From Gemmatimonadota bacterium (GTDB lineage: Bacteria > Gemmatimonadota > Gemmatimonadetes > Longimicrobiales > Gaopeijiaceae), in contig JBDHLD010000014.1 of assembly GCA_039586035.1 (NCBI GenBank), forward strand, positions 1 to 64,000: a DNA stretch of 64,000 nucleotides. The letters are read 5' to 3'. This document shows, piece after piece, positions 19,352 to 28,756 of the stretch. The stretch's first letter is position 1, and every line of letters starts with the position of its first letter. The notes beneath the pieces were generated by a model that saw only the letters and a program-made list of their open reading frames with translations, did not search any database and was not told where the DNA came from. The position numbers were made by a program, and so were the translations under genes.

Positions 19352-21399
19352 GGCCAATACACCATCCGGCGGATCCCCTCGGTCCCCCCGGCTCGGAGCC
19401 GAAGCAGATACACGCCGGGCTCCACGTTGCGGCCCGACTCGTCCGTACCGTCCCAGCTCAGCTGCACACACGGATCCGGGGAGCCTCCCTCCTCTCTCCC
19501 GTAGATGCCCGGGGGCAACACGACCTCGCTGCAACCGACCGCCGGCACCAGCCTCCGCACCAGCCTGCCGCGGAGGTCGTACACGGTGAGCTGAACGGGC
19601 CCCTCACGGGACAGGTCGAACCAGATCCGAGTCTCCGAGAGCCCCAACTCCGCATTCGGGAATGGATTGGGGAAGTTCTGGAACAGGATGGTGGCCGGCG
19701 GACTCGAAGTGCTCACCACGACGAAGGGACCGGCGCTGACCACCGTGTCGGCCTGGCCACCCGGAGCCCTGGCCACCACGCTCCAGCGCAGCGGCTCGTT
19801 CAGTGGCAGCGGATCGGGCACCCGGAAGCGCGTGGTGTCCAGGCCCGCAAAGGCGGCCACCGACTCCTCGTCCCGGTCGCTGAAGACGTCGAGATCGTAG
19901 GTGAGCGGCCCGGCGGGCGGGTCGAGCGCCTCGAACGGCTCCCACTCGAAGATGGGCCTCCGCTCCTCTATCGTCTGGCCGGCCGGGTTGTTCAGGACCG
20001 TGAGCCGGAGCCATGCCGGGACGGTGAGCGGGCCTTGCGTCTCCGTGCGGCGCGTGATGGCCTGGGGCGTCTCGGCGTTGACCCGCCAGAAGATCCGCTG
20101 CCGTGGCGGCAACGGCCGACTGAGGCGGCGAGCGAACGTCCCCACGACCCGGTCGGCCAGAAGGACGTCCTGGAACGTGGAGTCCGCCGCCACGAGGATC
20201 GTGAACGACACCGGCAAGGCCGGCGGGTAGATCGTGGGCGCGTCCCACCGGAAGAGGGGCGTGAGCGTCGTCACCTGACCCTGGGCGTCCACCTCGTCGA
20301 TGGGAATGCCCACGACGCCATCCGGGAACGCGATGGCCGAGCCCACGTCGATGGACCGCACGGCTCCGGTGAACCCCACCCGCGTGGTCGCGGACGCCGC
20401 GAGAGCCTCGGCGATCTGGACCGGGGTCCGCTCGGGATGAGCCTCCGCGAAGAGGGCCGCGCCACCGGCGAGGAGGGCCGCCGCCAACGCCGTCCCGTCA
20501 GATACCACCAGCTCCGTTGGCGACCCCGCGCCCGCCACCGGTACGTCGACACCCGGCGCGTAGGCGTCGGGCTTCGGGCGCCCGTCCGCCGTCGGCCCTT
20601 CGGACGAGAAGGACGCGACGGTCTCGTCGCCGGCCACCGCTCCAGCCGACAGCACGCCGTCTCCGTCCGAAGGAGCTACGAGCGTACCTTCGCCCGGGCC
20701 GAGGTCGCCCACCGGCGCGACGACCAGCACGCCCCGCTCGCTCGCCAGAACCGCCGCCACCGTGGCCGGAGCGGTGGCGCCGTCCAGATCCTCGATCACG
20801 TAGGCGAAGCCATCGTCGAAGGCGCGAAAACCCCCGTCGCTGATGGCCACCCGGGCGCCCTGGCTCTCCAGCCACTCGAGGCCCTGGACCCACCGACCCT
20901 CATCTTCCCTGGGGGCCCCCTCCCCCGCGAAGGTCCGAGCCAGCAGAAAGGACGAGCCGAAGGCGGGTCCGACCAGGACATCCGGTGCCCGGGCCCCGGC
21001 GAGCGACCACGCCGCGGTGGTTGGCGCAGCGGCCTCCTCCTCGCCTGGCCGGGGCGACACGTCGTCGTCGCCCTCGACGAAGTCCCGCGTCGCGAGCAGG
21101 TCGCTTCCGGCGAAGGCCTGATGGTCCGTGCGTACGGTTCCGCCGAGGATCCCGATCCTCACACCCGCACCGGTGAGACCGAGGCGGTGGGCGCCGTCCA
21201 CGCCCATGCGCCGCGTCACCTCCGAGAGGGCTCCGTAAGACGTGTCCGCCAGAGCCACGGGCCGGCCGCCGGATTGGGCCTGCAGGGCCTGGCCGGGTAC
21301 GGCCGCCGCGCCCCAAGCGGAGGAGAGGAGAAAGAGGAGCTGGGCCGGGCTTCGGCCCCGGTCGGGGCTACGCTGCCGAGCCACTCGCCTGCAGGGCAT
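19348..21399 (-). CDS. Secreted subtilisin-like (S8 fold) protein with C-terminal T9SS sorting domain; catalytic triad apparently lost (pseudo-protease)
   Basis: Signal peptide (LLFLLSSAWGAAAVP). S8-like blocks VRIGILGGTVRTDHQAF and VVSDGTALAAALLAGGAALFAEAHPERTPVQI resemble the Asp and Ser blocks, but with D->G and S->A, and no HGTH block is found. C-terminal FQNFPNPFPN...TRIWFDL...LTVYDLRGRLVRRL is a type IX secretion (Por) C-terminal domain. Its 5' end overlaps the 3' end of smc by 32 nt. Confidence 0.75.
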   Translation of the reverse strand: MPCRRVARQRSPDRGRSPAQLLFLLSSAWGAAAVPGQALQAQSGGRPVALADTSYGALSEVTRRMGVDGAHRLGLTGAGVRIGILGGTVRTDHQAFAGSDLLATRDFVEGDDDVSPRPGEEEAAAPTTAAWSLAGARAPDVLVGPAFGSSFLLARTFAGEGAPREDEGRWVQGLEWLESQGARVAISDGGFRAFDDGFAYVIEDLDGATAPATVAAVLASERGVLVVAPVGDLGPGEGTLVAPSDGDGVLSAGAVAGDETVASFSSEGPTADGRPKPDAYAPGVDVPVAGAGSPTELVVSDGTALAAALLAGGAALFAEAHPERTPVQIAEALAASATTRVGFTGAVRSIDVGSAIAFPDGVVGIPIDEVDAQGQVTTLTPLFRWDAPTIYPPALPVSFTILVAADSTFQDVLLADRVVGTFARRLSRPLPPRQRIFWRVNAETPQAITRRTETQGPLTVPAWLRLTVLNNPAGQTIEERRPIFEWEPFEALDPPAGPLTYDLDVFSDRDEESVAAFAGLDTTRFRVPDPLPLNEPLRWSVVARAPGGQADTVVSAGPFVVVSTSSPPATILFQNFPNPFPNAELGLSETRIWFDLSREGPVQLTVYDLRGRLVRRLVPAVGCSEVVLPPGIYGREEGGSPDPCVQLSWDGTDESGRNVEPGVYLLRLRAGGTEGIRRMVYWP

Positions 21400-24300
21400 C
21401 CTCGAGACGCACGCCGACGATGCTGCTCACTCCCGGCTCTTCCATCGTCACCCCGTAGATCCAGTCGGCCGCCTCGATGGTGCGCGGGTTGTGCGTAATG
21501 ACGACGAACTGGGTGCCCCGCTTGAACTCCTGAAGAAGCCGGATGAATCGGCCGATGTTGGCCTCGTCGAGGGGCGCGTCGACCTCGTCCAGCACACAGA
21601 ACGGACTGGGCTTCACCAGGTAGATGCCGAAGAGGAGGGAAAGGGCCGTCAGTGCCCGTTCGCCCCCCGACAGGAGATCGATCCGTTGGGTCCTCTTGCC
21701 CCGGGGCGAAGCGTGGATCTCCACCAGTGACTCCAGGGGATCGTCCTCGTCCGACAGCCAGAGGTCGGCTTCGCCGCCTTCGAACAGGCGTCGGAACGTG
21801 CTGACGAAGTTCTCCCGAATCTGGTGGAATGTGTCCAGGAAAAGGGTCGTGGCCGTCTCGTTGATCTGCTTGATGGCGGCCCTGAGGTCGTCGCGGGCGC
21901 TCACCAGGTCGAACTGTTGCTCCTTCAGGAACGAGAGCCGGGTGCTCTCCTCTTCGTGCTCCTCCATGGCGAGCATGTTCACCGGCCCGATCCGCTCCAG
22001 GGCCTGGACGATCTCCTTCAGCTCGGAGGACAGCGCTTCGGGATCACCTTCGATGGGCTCGGCCTCCTCCAGCAGGGTCTGGAGCGGCCTGCCCCACTCA
22101 CCCTCGAGCCGCTCCTGTATCCGCCCGATGTCTCCCAGGAGCTCCTGTCGCTCCAGCTCGAGCCGATGGCGCCGGTTCGTCGCCTCGCGCTCGGCACTCC
22201 GGGCGGCTCGCACCCGGCGCGCCTCCACGTCGAGCTCCTCCGCCACGTCCGCGACCGCCCGGTCGCGCTCCGCGAGCTGAGATTCGGCCTCGGTGCGAGA
22301 CCTGAAGAGCTCTTCGGTGGCGGTTTCGCCCTGCCTCCTCAGCTGACTCACCTCGGACAGCTCGGTCCGCAGGGCTGTTTCCTCACGGTCGAGCGCCTCG
22401 ACTCGATCCAGGGCGGACTGGCGCGCCTTGACCGCGTCCTCGTTCCGCTCGCGGGTGCGACCCAGCTCGCCCTCGAGGCGTGTGAGCTCCACCGTCAGTC
22501 TGGACTCTTCGGCCCGGGCGGTCTCCCACTCCTCCTCTACGGTCTCCAGCGCGGCCTGAGCCTTCTCGCGCTGGCCGTGCAGCGCTTCCTCCTCCGATGA
22601 CAGAACCCCCCGATCTTCCCGCGCGGTCTCGCCCCGCTCCAGAGCGCGGGCACGAGCCGCCCGGGTGCCCTCGAGCTGCCGCGCCAGCTCGTCCCGGTGT
22701 CGGTCCATTCGGTCCTTGCGGTCGTACTGGGCGGCGATCTCGGCCCCGGCCTGGCGATGGGCGTCCTCCGCGGTCCGCAGCTCGCCTCGAGCGTCTTCCA
22801 GGTTCGTCTCGGCGGCCCTCACGCGGACCTCGGCGTCCTCACGGTCCGCCCGCGCCTGATCCGCTGCGGCACGTGCGGCCGCCGCCCGGGGCTGGAGCTC
22901 TTCCAGACGGGCCCTGCGCTCCAACACGCCGCTGGCGCCCGTGGGGTTGCCCACACGCACGACGCCCAGCCGGTCCACCGAGGCCCCGGACGGGGCCAGG
23001 CGCAGGCCGTCGGCGTCGGTGAGCAGGCCATCCTCTTCCACCAGCTGCACGCCGCCGAGCAACGCCTCGACCCAGCGGCTGCCCGCCCCGGTCGACGTGA
23101 CACCGTCGGGCACCTTGCCTCCGGACTCCGGCGCGTTGTCCAGCGGCAACAGGATGAGGCCTCCACCGCCGTCCCACTCCTCCTTGAACCAGGTGGCCAC
23201 CCGGCCAGCCGCCTTTCGGTCCTTCACCACGATGCCCCGCAGCAAAGTCCCCAGATATGCCTCCACGGCCGCCGAGTGAGACGCCTCGACGTCGAGGAAG
23301 TCGGACAGCGTTCCCAGCACACCGGTGCCGCCTCCGTCGAGAGCCGCCTGAACCGCGGGCTCCACGCCTTCACGGTCTCGCGCCATGCGCTCCAGCGCCG
23401 CGGCCTCGGCCGACAACGATCCGGCGTGGTCGGCGGCCTCCAGCTCCCTGACCCGGAGGTCGTCGAGCGCCGACCGAGCCGAGGCGAGGGTACTCTCCGC
23501 GCCCGCGACCTTCGACCGGGCCACCTGCTCGTCGGTCGCGAGCTGCTCCAGGCGATCCGCAAACAGATCCCCTTGGGATTCCAGGTCCGAAAGGGCGTCG
23601 GCCGCCGCCTCCAGCTCGTCGTGGAGCCGCTCCAGACGCCGCCCCAGCTCGGCCGCCTGGGCTTCGGCTGCGTCGGCGTCGCCTTCGAGCTGCGCGCCCT
23701 TACGCGCCACCTCCCGCTCGCGCGCCTCCATGGACTGGACGTCGCCACGGGCGCTCTGAAGTCGTTGCCTCACCTCCCCCGTGGCCGCGCGGCTGGCCTC
23801 CAGCGACGCCCGCGCCTGACCCAGCTCCTCCTCCAGGTCCCGCCCCAGGCGGGAGAGGTTGCGGGTCTCGGACCCCAGCGCGTGGGCCCGATCCTGCGAC
23901 TGCTGGCGCTCCTCCAGGATCTGCGCCAATCGCCGCTCCGCGTAGGCCGCCCGCTCGTCCGCGACCGCCAGGTCCCGCTCCCAGCGGACGAGTTGGTTGC
24001 GCACGTCGTCGAGCCGCGCTGCGGACTCGGAGCGCTGCTTCTCGACGTCGATCTGGCGCAGCCGCAGGCTCTCGACCCGTGCCTCGGCGGCTCGCAGCTC
24101 CGCGAGCATGCCCTCGGCGGAGCCTTGCTCTCCGCCCAGGACGCCCTCTACCTCCACCAGCCGCTCCTGGAGCCCGGTGAGGCGGTGCCCCACGACGGCC
24201 ACCTCCACAGCCAGCCGGCGGGTTCGTAGCGAATGGTATCGCTGCGCCTTCCCCTTCTGGCGGGCGAGGGATCTGACCTTCGTCTCGACTTCCGCGATGA

Positions 24301-24880
24301 CGTCTTCCAGGCGTTGGAGATCCAGCTCCGCCCGCTCCAACCGCCTCGTCGCCGCCTTCCTTCGGTCCTTGTATTTGCCGATTCCGGCCGCCTCCTCGAA
24401 GAGGCCCCGGCGTTCATCGGCCCGGTCCGAGAGGATCGCGTCGATCATGCGGTTCTCGATGACCGCGTAGGCGTTGGCGCCCAGGCCGGTGTCACGGCAG
24501 AGCTCGACGACGTCCTTCAAGCGACAGTGGGAGCGGTTGATGGAGTACTCGCTGCCCCCGTCCCGGAACACGGTCCGACCGATCTCCACCTCCTCGAACG
24601 GGACCGGGAGCAGCCCGTCTTCGTTGCTGACCGTCATGACCACGGACCCGCGGTTCACGGGCCGACGGTTCACGGTCCCCTGGAAGATGGCTTCCTCCAT
24701 CTTGGCGCCCCTGATGGCGGTCGGGCGCTGCTCTCCCAGTACCCAGCGGATGGCGTCGCTGATGTTGGACTTGCCGCAACCGTTGGGGCCCACGATGGCG
24801 GTGATGCCCTCGTGGAAATCGATATCCGTGCGGTCTGCGAAGGACTTGAAGCCGTTGACCCTCAGGGAGCGGAGCTTCAT
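21368..24880 (-). CDS. smc: Chromosome segregation protein SMC
   Basis: 1170 aa; N-terminal Walker A (GPNGCGKSN), long coiled coils, a hinge, and a C-terminal signature/Walker B (LSGGERALTALSLLFGIYLVKPSPFCVLDEVDAPLD). Confidence 0.95.
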   Translation of the reverse strand: MKLRSLRVNGFKSFADRTDIDFHEGITAIVGPNGCGKSNISDAIRWVLGEQRPTAIRGAKMEEAIFQGTVNRRPVNRGSVVMTVSNEDGLLPVPFEEVEIGRTVFRDGGSEYSINRSHCRLKDVVELCRDTGLGANAYAVIENRMIDAILSDRADERRGLFEEAAGIGKYKDRRKAATRRLERAELDLQRLEDVIAEVETKVRSLARQKGKAQRYHSLRTRRLAVEVAVVGHRLTGLQERLVEVEGVLGGEQGSAEGMLAELRAAEARVESLRLRQIDVEKQRSESAARLDDVRNQLVRWERDLAVADERAAYAERRLAQILEERQQSQDRAHALGSETRNLSRLGRDLEEELGQARASLEASRAATGEVRQRLQSARGDVQSMEAREREVARKGAQLEGDADAAEAQAAELGRRLERLHDELEAAADALSDLESQGDLFADRLEQLATDEQVARSKVAGAESTLASARSALDDLRVRELEAADHAGSLSAEAAALERMARDREGVEPAVQAALDGGGTGVLGTLSDFLDVEASHSAAVEAYLGTLLRGIVVKDRKAAGRVATWFKEEWDGGGGLILLPLDNAPESGGKVPDGVTSTGAGSRWVEALLGGVQLVEEDGLLTDADGLRLAPSGASVDRLGVVRVGNPTGASGVLERRARLEELQPRAAAARAAADQARADREDAEVRVRAAETNLEDARGELRTAEDAHRQAGAEIAAQYDRKDRMDRHRDELARQLEGTRAARARALERGETAREDRGVLSSEEEALHGQREKAQAALETVEEEWETARAEESRLTVELTRLEGELGRTRERNEDAVKARQSALDRVEALDREETALRTELSEVSQLRRQGETATEELFRSRTEAESQLAERDRAVADVAEELDVEARRVRAARSAEREATNRRHRLELERQELLGDIGRIQERLEGEWGRPLQTLLEEAEPIEGDPEALSSELKEIVQALERIGPVNMLAMEEHEEESTRLSFLKEQQFDLVSARDDLRAAIKQINETATTLFLDTFHQIRENFVSTFRRLFEGGEADLWLSDEDDPLESLVEIHASPRGKRTQRIDLLSGGERALTALSLLFGIYLVKPSPFCVLDEVDAPLDEANIGRFIRLLQEFKRGTQFVVITHNPRTIEAADWIYGVTMEEPGVSSIVGVRLEDALQASGSAA

Positions 24881-26772
24881 CGGAGGGGGCGGCCCATCCG
24901 TTCGGTGAGGATCGCGCCAGTCAGGCCCGATTCGATCAGCAGGGTCTGCAGATGACTCGCCTCGCGGGCGTTGGCGTAGGCGCCGGCGTACACCCGGTAC
25001 CGCAGCGGACCCTCCGGCGGCCCGTATTCCGCGAAGTAGGCCGGGATCCCAGCGTCCTCGGCCTGGCCTCTGCGAGCCATGGCCTCGTCGAGCGAGTCGT
25101 ACTCGCCCAGGAGAAAGGCGACGCGGGTGGAACGGACGATGGCCCCCCTCGCGACGGCGGTGCCGATGTAGCCGGCCAACTCTGCGCGGATGGCCTCGGC
25201 GTGGCCTCTCGACTCGGCGGGGCCGGCCACGACCCGGTAGTAGTTGGCGCCCCCCACCTGTACGGGCACCAGCACGAACTGGAGCGACGGGAAGCGCGCC
25301 TGAAGGTCCCTCGACTGTTCCTGGGCGGCGGTTGCCCGCTCATGGGCGTTGATGGTGAGACCGAAGCGCATGATGGCGCTGGGCGACAGGGCGCCCGTGG
25401 CCGATGGCGTGCCTTCCTCCGTCGCGTCCTCTCTGGTCGCGGTGGGGACCCCGCCTTCATCGACGGGCGTGGGATCGTCGGGCTCGCCACCGGTGCCCCC
25501 GGGCACGGCGCCCTCTGAAGTCGTGGGCTCGCTCACTTCCGCCGCGTCGCCTGCGTCCGGCGTAGCTGCCGCCATGTCCGCGTCAGCCGACCGTGCCGCG
25601 GACAGCTCGACCGGTGCGTCGTCCGCGGGATCGCTACTCGAGACGGCTGGCGCGTCGCCCCGGCCCATCAGAGCGATGAGCGTCGCCACGACGATGACGA
25701 TCAATGCCAACCAGAGGAGGAGCCGCCGCCGAGAGCTAGGGGCCGGCTCCGATTCGATGGAAAGCAGGCCTTCGAACTCGGCGGACAGCTCTGTATCCGG
25801 GCCGCTGGGAGCCTCTGGCCCGGACGCTCCGGGTGCTCCCGCGGCTTCGTCGGCGAGCTCTTCGGCAGCGGTTTCGTCCCAAAACGGATCCAGCTCTGCC
25901 CCCGCGCTCCCACCGGCACCGGGCTCCTCCTCCCCCGTGGGGAGACCCTCGGCAAGGGGTCCGCTGGCGAACGCCGTGCCCTCGTCGACGGCAGGGAGTG
26001 CGCCGGCCGCCGGCCCCTCGGTCAGACTCGGGGCTCCGGGATCGTGGGTGGCCTCGAGGCTCTCGGCGAGACGGACCTCCAGGCTGGCGACGTCCGTGGC
26101 ATCGAGGTCCGCTCCGTCGCCTCCCAGATCCACCGCGGTGCCCGCCACCGATGCCGGGCTGGCCGCGCCAGCTTGCGCTACGTCCAGGGGAGAGACTACC
26201 GCATGCACCGGAGTGGACGACTCCACGAGCGCCTCGGTGGGCGCGGCAGCCCCGGCCAGAAGCACCACGGCGTCGGCACGTTCGAGCAAGGCGGTGGCAC
26301 CCTCGAGCGAAAGCGGTACGTGGAGGAGCACCAGCGTGCCCGACTTCCGGTAGCCGCCCAGGATGGTTTCCCAGCGAGGGTTCTCGAGGATCTTCGAGGA
26401 ATCTCCGACCACCGTGCCCGAAGGCACGAACAGGAAGGTGCCCTCGCGGACCCCCCGGGAGACACGGCGAGCGGAGGCTCCGAACTCGAAGACGTCGCTG
26501 ATGCCTTCGCCCGGCGTGACGCCGAGCTCGTTGGGGAGCCAGGAACCCTCCAGGCTCAGGTCGATCAGGACTGTGCGGGCGCCACGGCCGGCTGCCGCCT
26601 CGGCGACCCTCGCGGACACGCTGGCCGCCCAGGGGCCGTCTTCAGCCGTCGGAGCCACCGCCATGGCCAACACGCGAACGGGGCCGTCGCCGTCCAGCAG
26701 AGCCGAGATCGAATCCGGCACGTCGTCCGTATCCGGGTCGAAGGCCTGCCAGACGGGTGTCTCCAGTGTCAT
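24877..26772 (-). CDS. Hypothetical protein: degenerate ParA/MinD-like N-domain + low-complexity linker + TM helix + two C-terminal SPOR (septal peptidoglycan-binding) domains
   Basis: N-terminus (VRVLAMAVAP...RTVLIDLSLEGSWLP...LVLLHVP...ADAVVLLAG) has a MinD/ParA-like fold pattern but no Walker A GKS/T. TM segment LLLWLALIVIVVATLIALMG. Two SPOR-like repeats (QFVLVPVQVGGANYYRVVAGP...; YRVYAGAYANAREASHLQTLL). Its stop overlaps the smc start by 4 nt. Confidence 0.65.
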   Translation of the reverse strand: MTLETPVWQAFDPDTDDVPDSISALLDGDGPVRVLAMAVAPTAEDGPWAASVSARVAEAAAGRGARTVLIDLSLEGSWLPNELGVTPGEGISDVFEFGASARRVSRGVREGTFLFVPSGTVVGDSSKILENPRWETILGGYRKSGTLVLLHVPLSLEGATALLERADAVVLLAGAAAPTEALVESSTPVHAVVSPLDVAQAGAASPASVAGTAVDLGGDGADLDATDVASLEVRLAESLEATHDPGAPSLTEGPAAGALPAVDEGTAFASGPLAEGLPTGEEEPGAGGSAGAELDPFWDETAAEELADEAAGAPGASGPEAPSGPDTELSAEFEGLLSIESEPAPSSRRRLLLWLALIVIVVATLIALMGRGDAPAVSSSDPADDAPVELSAARSADADMAAATPDAGDAAEVSEPTTSEGAVPGGTGGEPDDPTPVDEGGVPTATREDATEEGTPSATGALSPSAIMRFGLTINAHERATAAQEQSRDLQARFPSLQFVLVPVQVGGANYYRVVAGPAESRGHAEAIRAELAGYIGTAVARGAIVRSTRVAFLLGEYDSLDEAMARRGQAEDAGIPAYFAEYGPPEGPLRYRVYAGAYANAREASHLQTLLIESGLTGAILTERMGRPLR

Positions 26773-26949
26773 TCGCGCGATCGGGAAGCTATGGCAAGCC
26801 GGCTCCGCAGGACCGGCTCGGGACCCCGTTGGCTGTTCGCCGGGGACCGCATGGAAACCTCGTCAACTTAACGTCCGCTGAAGCGGCCGGGCAATCCGGC
26901 GGGGCTCCATCGTTCGACGGCGGAGTGCGCCGCGAGCCGGCCGGGTCGC

Positions 26950-27321
26950 TCAGCCCTCGAACGCGACCCGCGGCGCGTCGCCCCACAGGTGCTCGAGTTG
27001 ATAGAACTCCCGCGCCGAAGCGTGGAAGATGTGTACCACGAAGTCGATGTAGTCCAGGAGCACCCAGGTTCCCCCGGCCTTCCCTTCGACGTGGTCTGGG
27101 CGGTGTCCCTCCTCGCGCAGGGTCTCCTCGATGTGCTCGGCGATGGAGCGGACCTGGATGTCCGAGGTCCCGGACCCGATCACGAAGTAGTCCGTGGCCG
27201 TGGAGATCCCCCGGAGGTCCAGTGCGACCACCTCCGATGCCTTCCGATCGAGAGCCAACTCCGCGACCTGACTGACCACTGGCGGCAGCTCGGGCTTGGC
27301 CCGTTCGGGGGCGTGCTGCAT
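26950..27321 (-). CDS. rsfS: Ribosome silencing factor RsfS (Iojap)
   Basis: 123 aa; ASEVVALDLRGISTATDYFVIGSGTSDIQVRSIAEHIEE...GTWVLLDYIDFVVHIF. Confidence 0.85.
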   Translation of the reverse strand: MQHAPERAKPELPPVVSQVAELALDRKASEVVALDLRGISTATDYFVIGSGTSDIQVRSIAEHIEETLREEGHRPDHVEGKAGGTWVLLDYIDFVVHIFHASAREFYQLEHLWGDAPRVAFEG

Positions 27322-27333
27322 AGCGGGCGCCGC

Positions 27334-27789
27334 CTACTCGGCGGCTCGCTCCACCCGGATCTCGATTTCCGCGTCGACTTCGGGTCCGAGACGGATCTTG
27401 ACCGGAAAGGCCCCGAGCTGTTTGATCGGCTCGTCGAGGAGGATCTTGCGCCGGTCCACCTCGAAGTCGAGGTCCTGCTCGCCGGCGCGGGCCGCGATGT
27501 CCGCCGCCGTGACGGACCCGAAGAGCTTGCCTTCCTCGCCGGCTTTGGCATGGAAGGTGAGGACGAGGCCAGCGAGCTGGGCCGCCCGCCTGCGAGCCTC
27601 CAGGTAGTCCCGCTTCGCCCGTTCTTCCGCCTGCTGCTTCTCCAGCTCGATTCGCTTGAGGTTGGCGTCGCTGGCCGCATACGCCAGTCCCTGCGGAAGA
27701 AGGTAGTTACGCGCGTAGCCCGGCTTGACGTTCACGATGTCGCCGGACGTGCCCAGGTTCTGCACGTCTTGCTTGAGGATGAGCTTCAT
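27334..27789 (-). CDS. rplI: 50S ribosomal protein L9
   Basis: MKLILKQDVQNLGTSGDIVNVKPGYARNYLLPQGLA; 151 aa. Confidence 0.9.
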   Translation of the reverse strand: MKLILKQDVQNLGTSGDIVNVKPGYARNYLLPQGLAYAASDANLKRIELEKQQAEERAKRDYLEARRRAAQLAGLVLTFHAKAGEEGKLFGSVTAADIAARAGEQDLDFEVDRRKILLDEPIKQLGAFPVKIRLGPEVDAEIEIRVERAAE

Positions 27790-27811
27790 CTGCCACTCCT
27801 TTTCGTCTCGT

Positions 27812-28750
27812 TCATGGCTGGCCCTCCGCCTGCGGCGTGCTCCGCGAGCGCAGATCGAGCCATGTATCTCCGATCCCGATGACCATTGCGGCCATGAGCA
27901 CGATTGGCGCCACGAAGAGCAACCCGAACAGGAACACGATCATTCCGAGGAGGTTCAGCCCGCCATAGAGAAATAGCACGACGGCCGCGCCGCGGAGCGC
28001 GTATAGCGCGCCCATGAACACGAGGGCGTTGGTCCCCGCATCGGACCACGCCGGGCTCGAACCGAGGAGCACGGCGCCCAACCCCGCGATCACCACCCAC
28101 ATCAATTGATCGTTGAAGCGGAAGTCCCGCAGGGGGCCGACCCCCTGGTCGCTTCCGCGTGCTAGCCGCACATACAGCCACCAGGCCACGCCCAACGCCG
28201 ACAGCGAGGTGAGGCCGAGGAACGCCGGGAAGACCGCGCCCTGGATGTCCGCGGTCTGATATGCTGCGTTGACCAGCGTCTCCGACATCTCTCCGTCGCC
28301 CTGCATCAGCCGCAACGCCTCCAGGGCCGAGCCGAGCCCCTGGCGAATGCGTGACTCCACCAGCCAGCGGACCACCGTCCACTCTCCGGGCCGCACCGCG
28401 AGTATCGTGGCCGTGACTGCCAGGGCTCCGGCGAGCGCGCCGAGGGCCCTGCTCGAGAAGCCGCTTCCAGGCCAACGCAACGTCAAAGCGACGAACCAGC
28501 CTCCCAGCAACAGGGCCCAACCCCGCTCGATGAACCACAAGCCAGGGTGACCCGACCCTCGGAACACCAGGTAGCCGACCGCACTCGCCAGGAGCAGGGC
28601 CACCAACCGGTGGGGCGGCAGGATCAGCGCCAGAAGAAGGAACGGGACGGCGACGAGGACACCGGGCTGCAAGACCGAGAAGCCCGCCGTGAAAGCCAGG
28701 AGCGCCGCTGCCCGAAGCCACCCTCGACTCTCTCGGTGGCCGGCTCGCAT
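27812..28750 (-). CDS. DUF2232/YybS-like integral membrane protein
   Basis: A polytopic membrane protein in the conserved rpsR-(yybS)-rplI neighbourhood known from Firmicutes. Confidence 0.65.
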   Translation of the reverse strand: MRAGHRESRGWLRAAALLAFTAGFSVLQPGVLVAVPFLLLALILPPHRLVALLLASAVGYLVFRGSGHPGLWFIERGWALLLGGWFVALTLRWPGSGFSSRALGALAGALAVTATILAVRPGEWTVVRWLVESRIRQGLGSALEALRLMQGDGEMSETLVNAAYQTADIQGAVFPAFLGLTSLSALGVAWWLYVRLARGSDQGVGPLRDFRFNDQLMWVVIAGLGAVLLGSSPAWSDAGTNALVFMGALYALRGAAVVLFLYGGLNLLGMIVFLFGLLFVAPIVLMAAMVIGIGDTWLDLRSRSTPQAEGQP

Positions 28751-28756
28751 GTCGCC

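Noticed and set aside
26773-26949. Small ORF or sRNA between rsfS and the SPOR-protein gene, containing imperfect palindromes.
   Set aside because: It contains only a 6-codon ORF. The palindromes are imperfect and have no adjacent U-tract. It is most simply the rsfS 3' region plus the promoter for the SPOR-smc operon.
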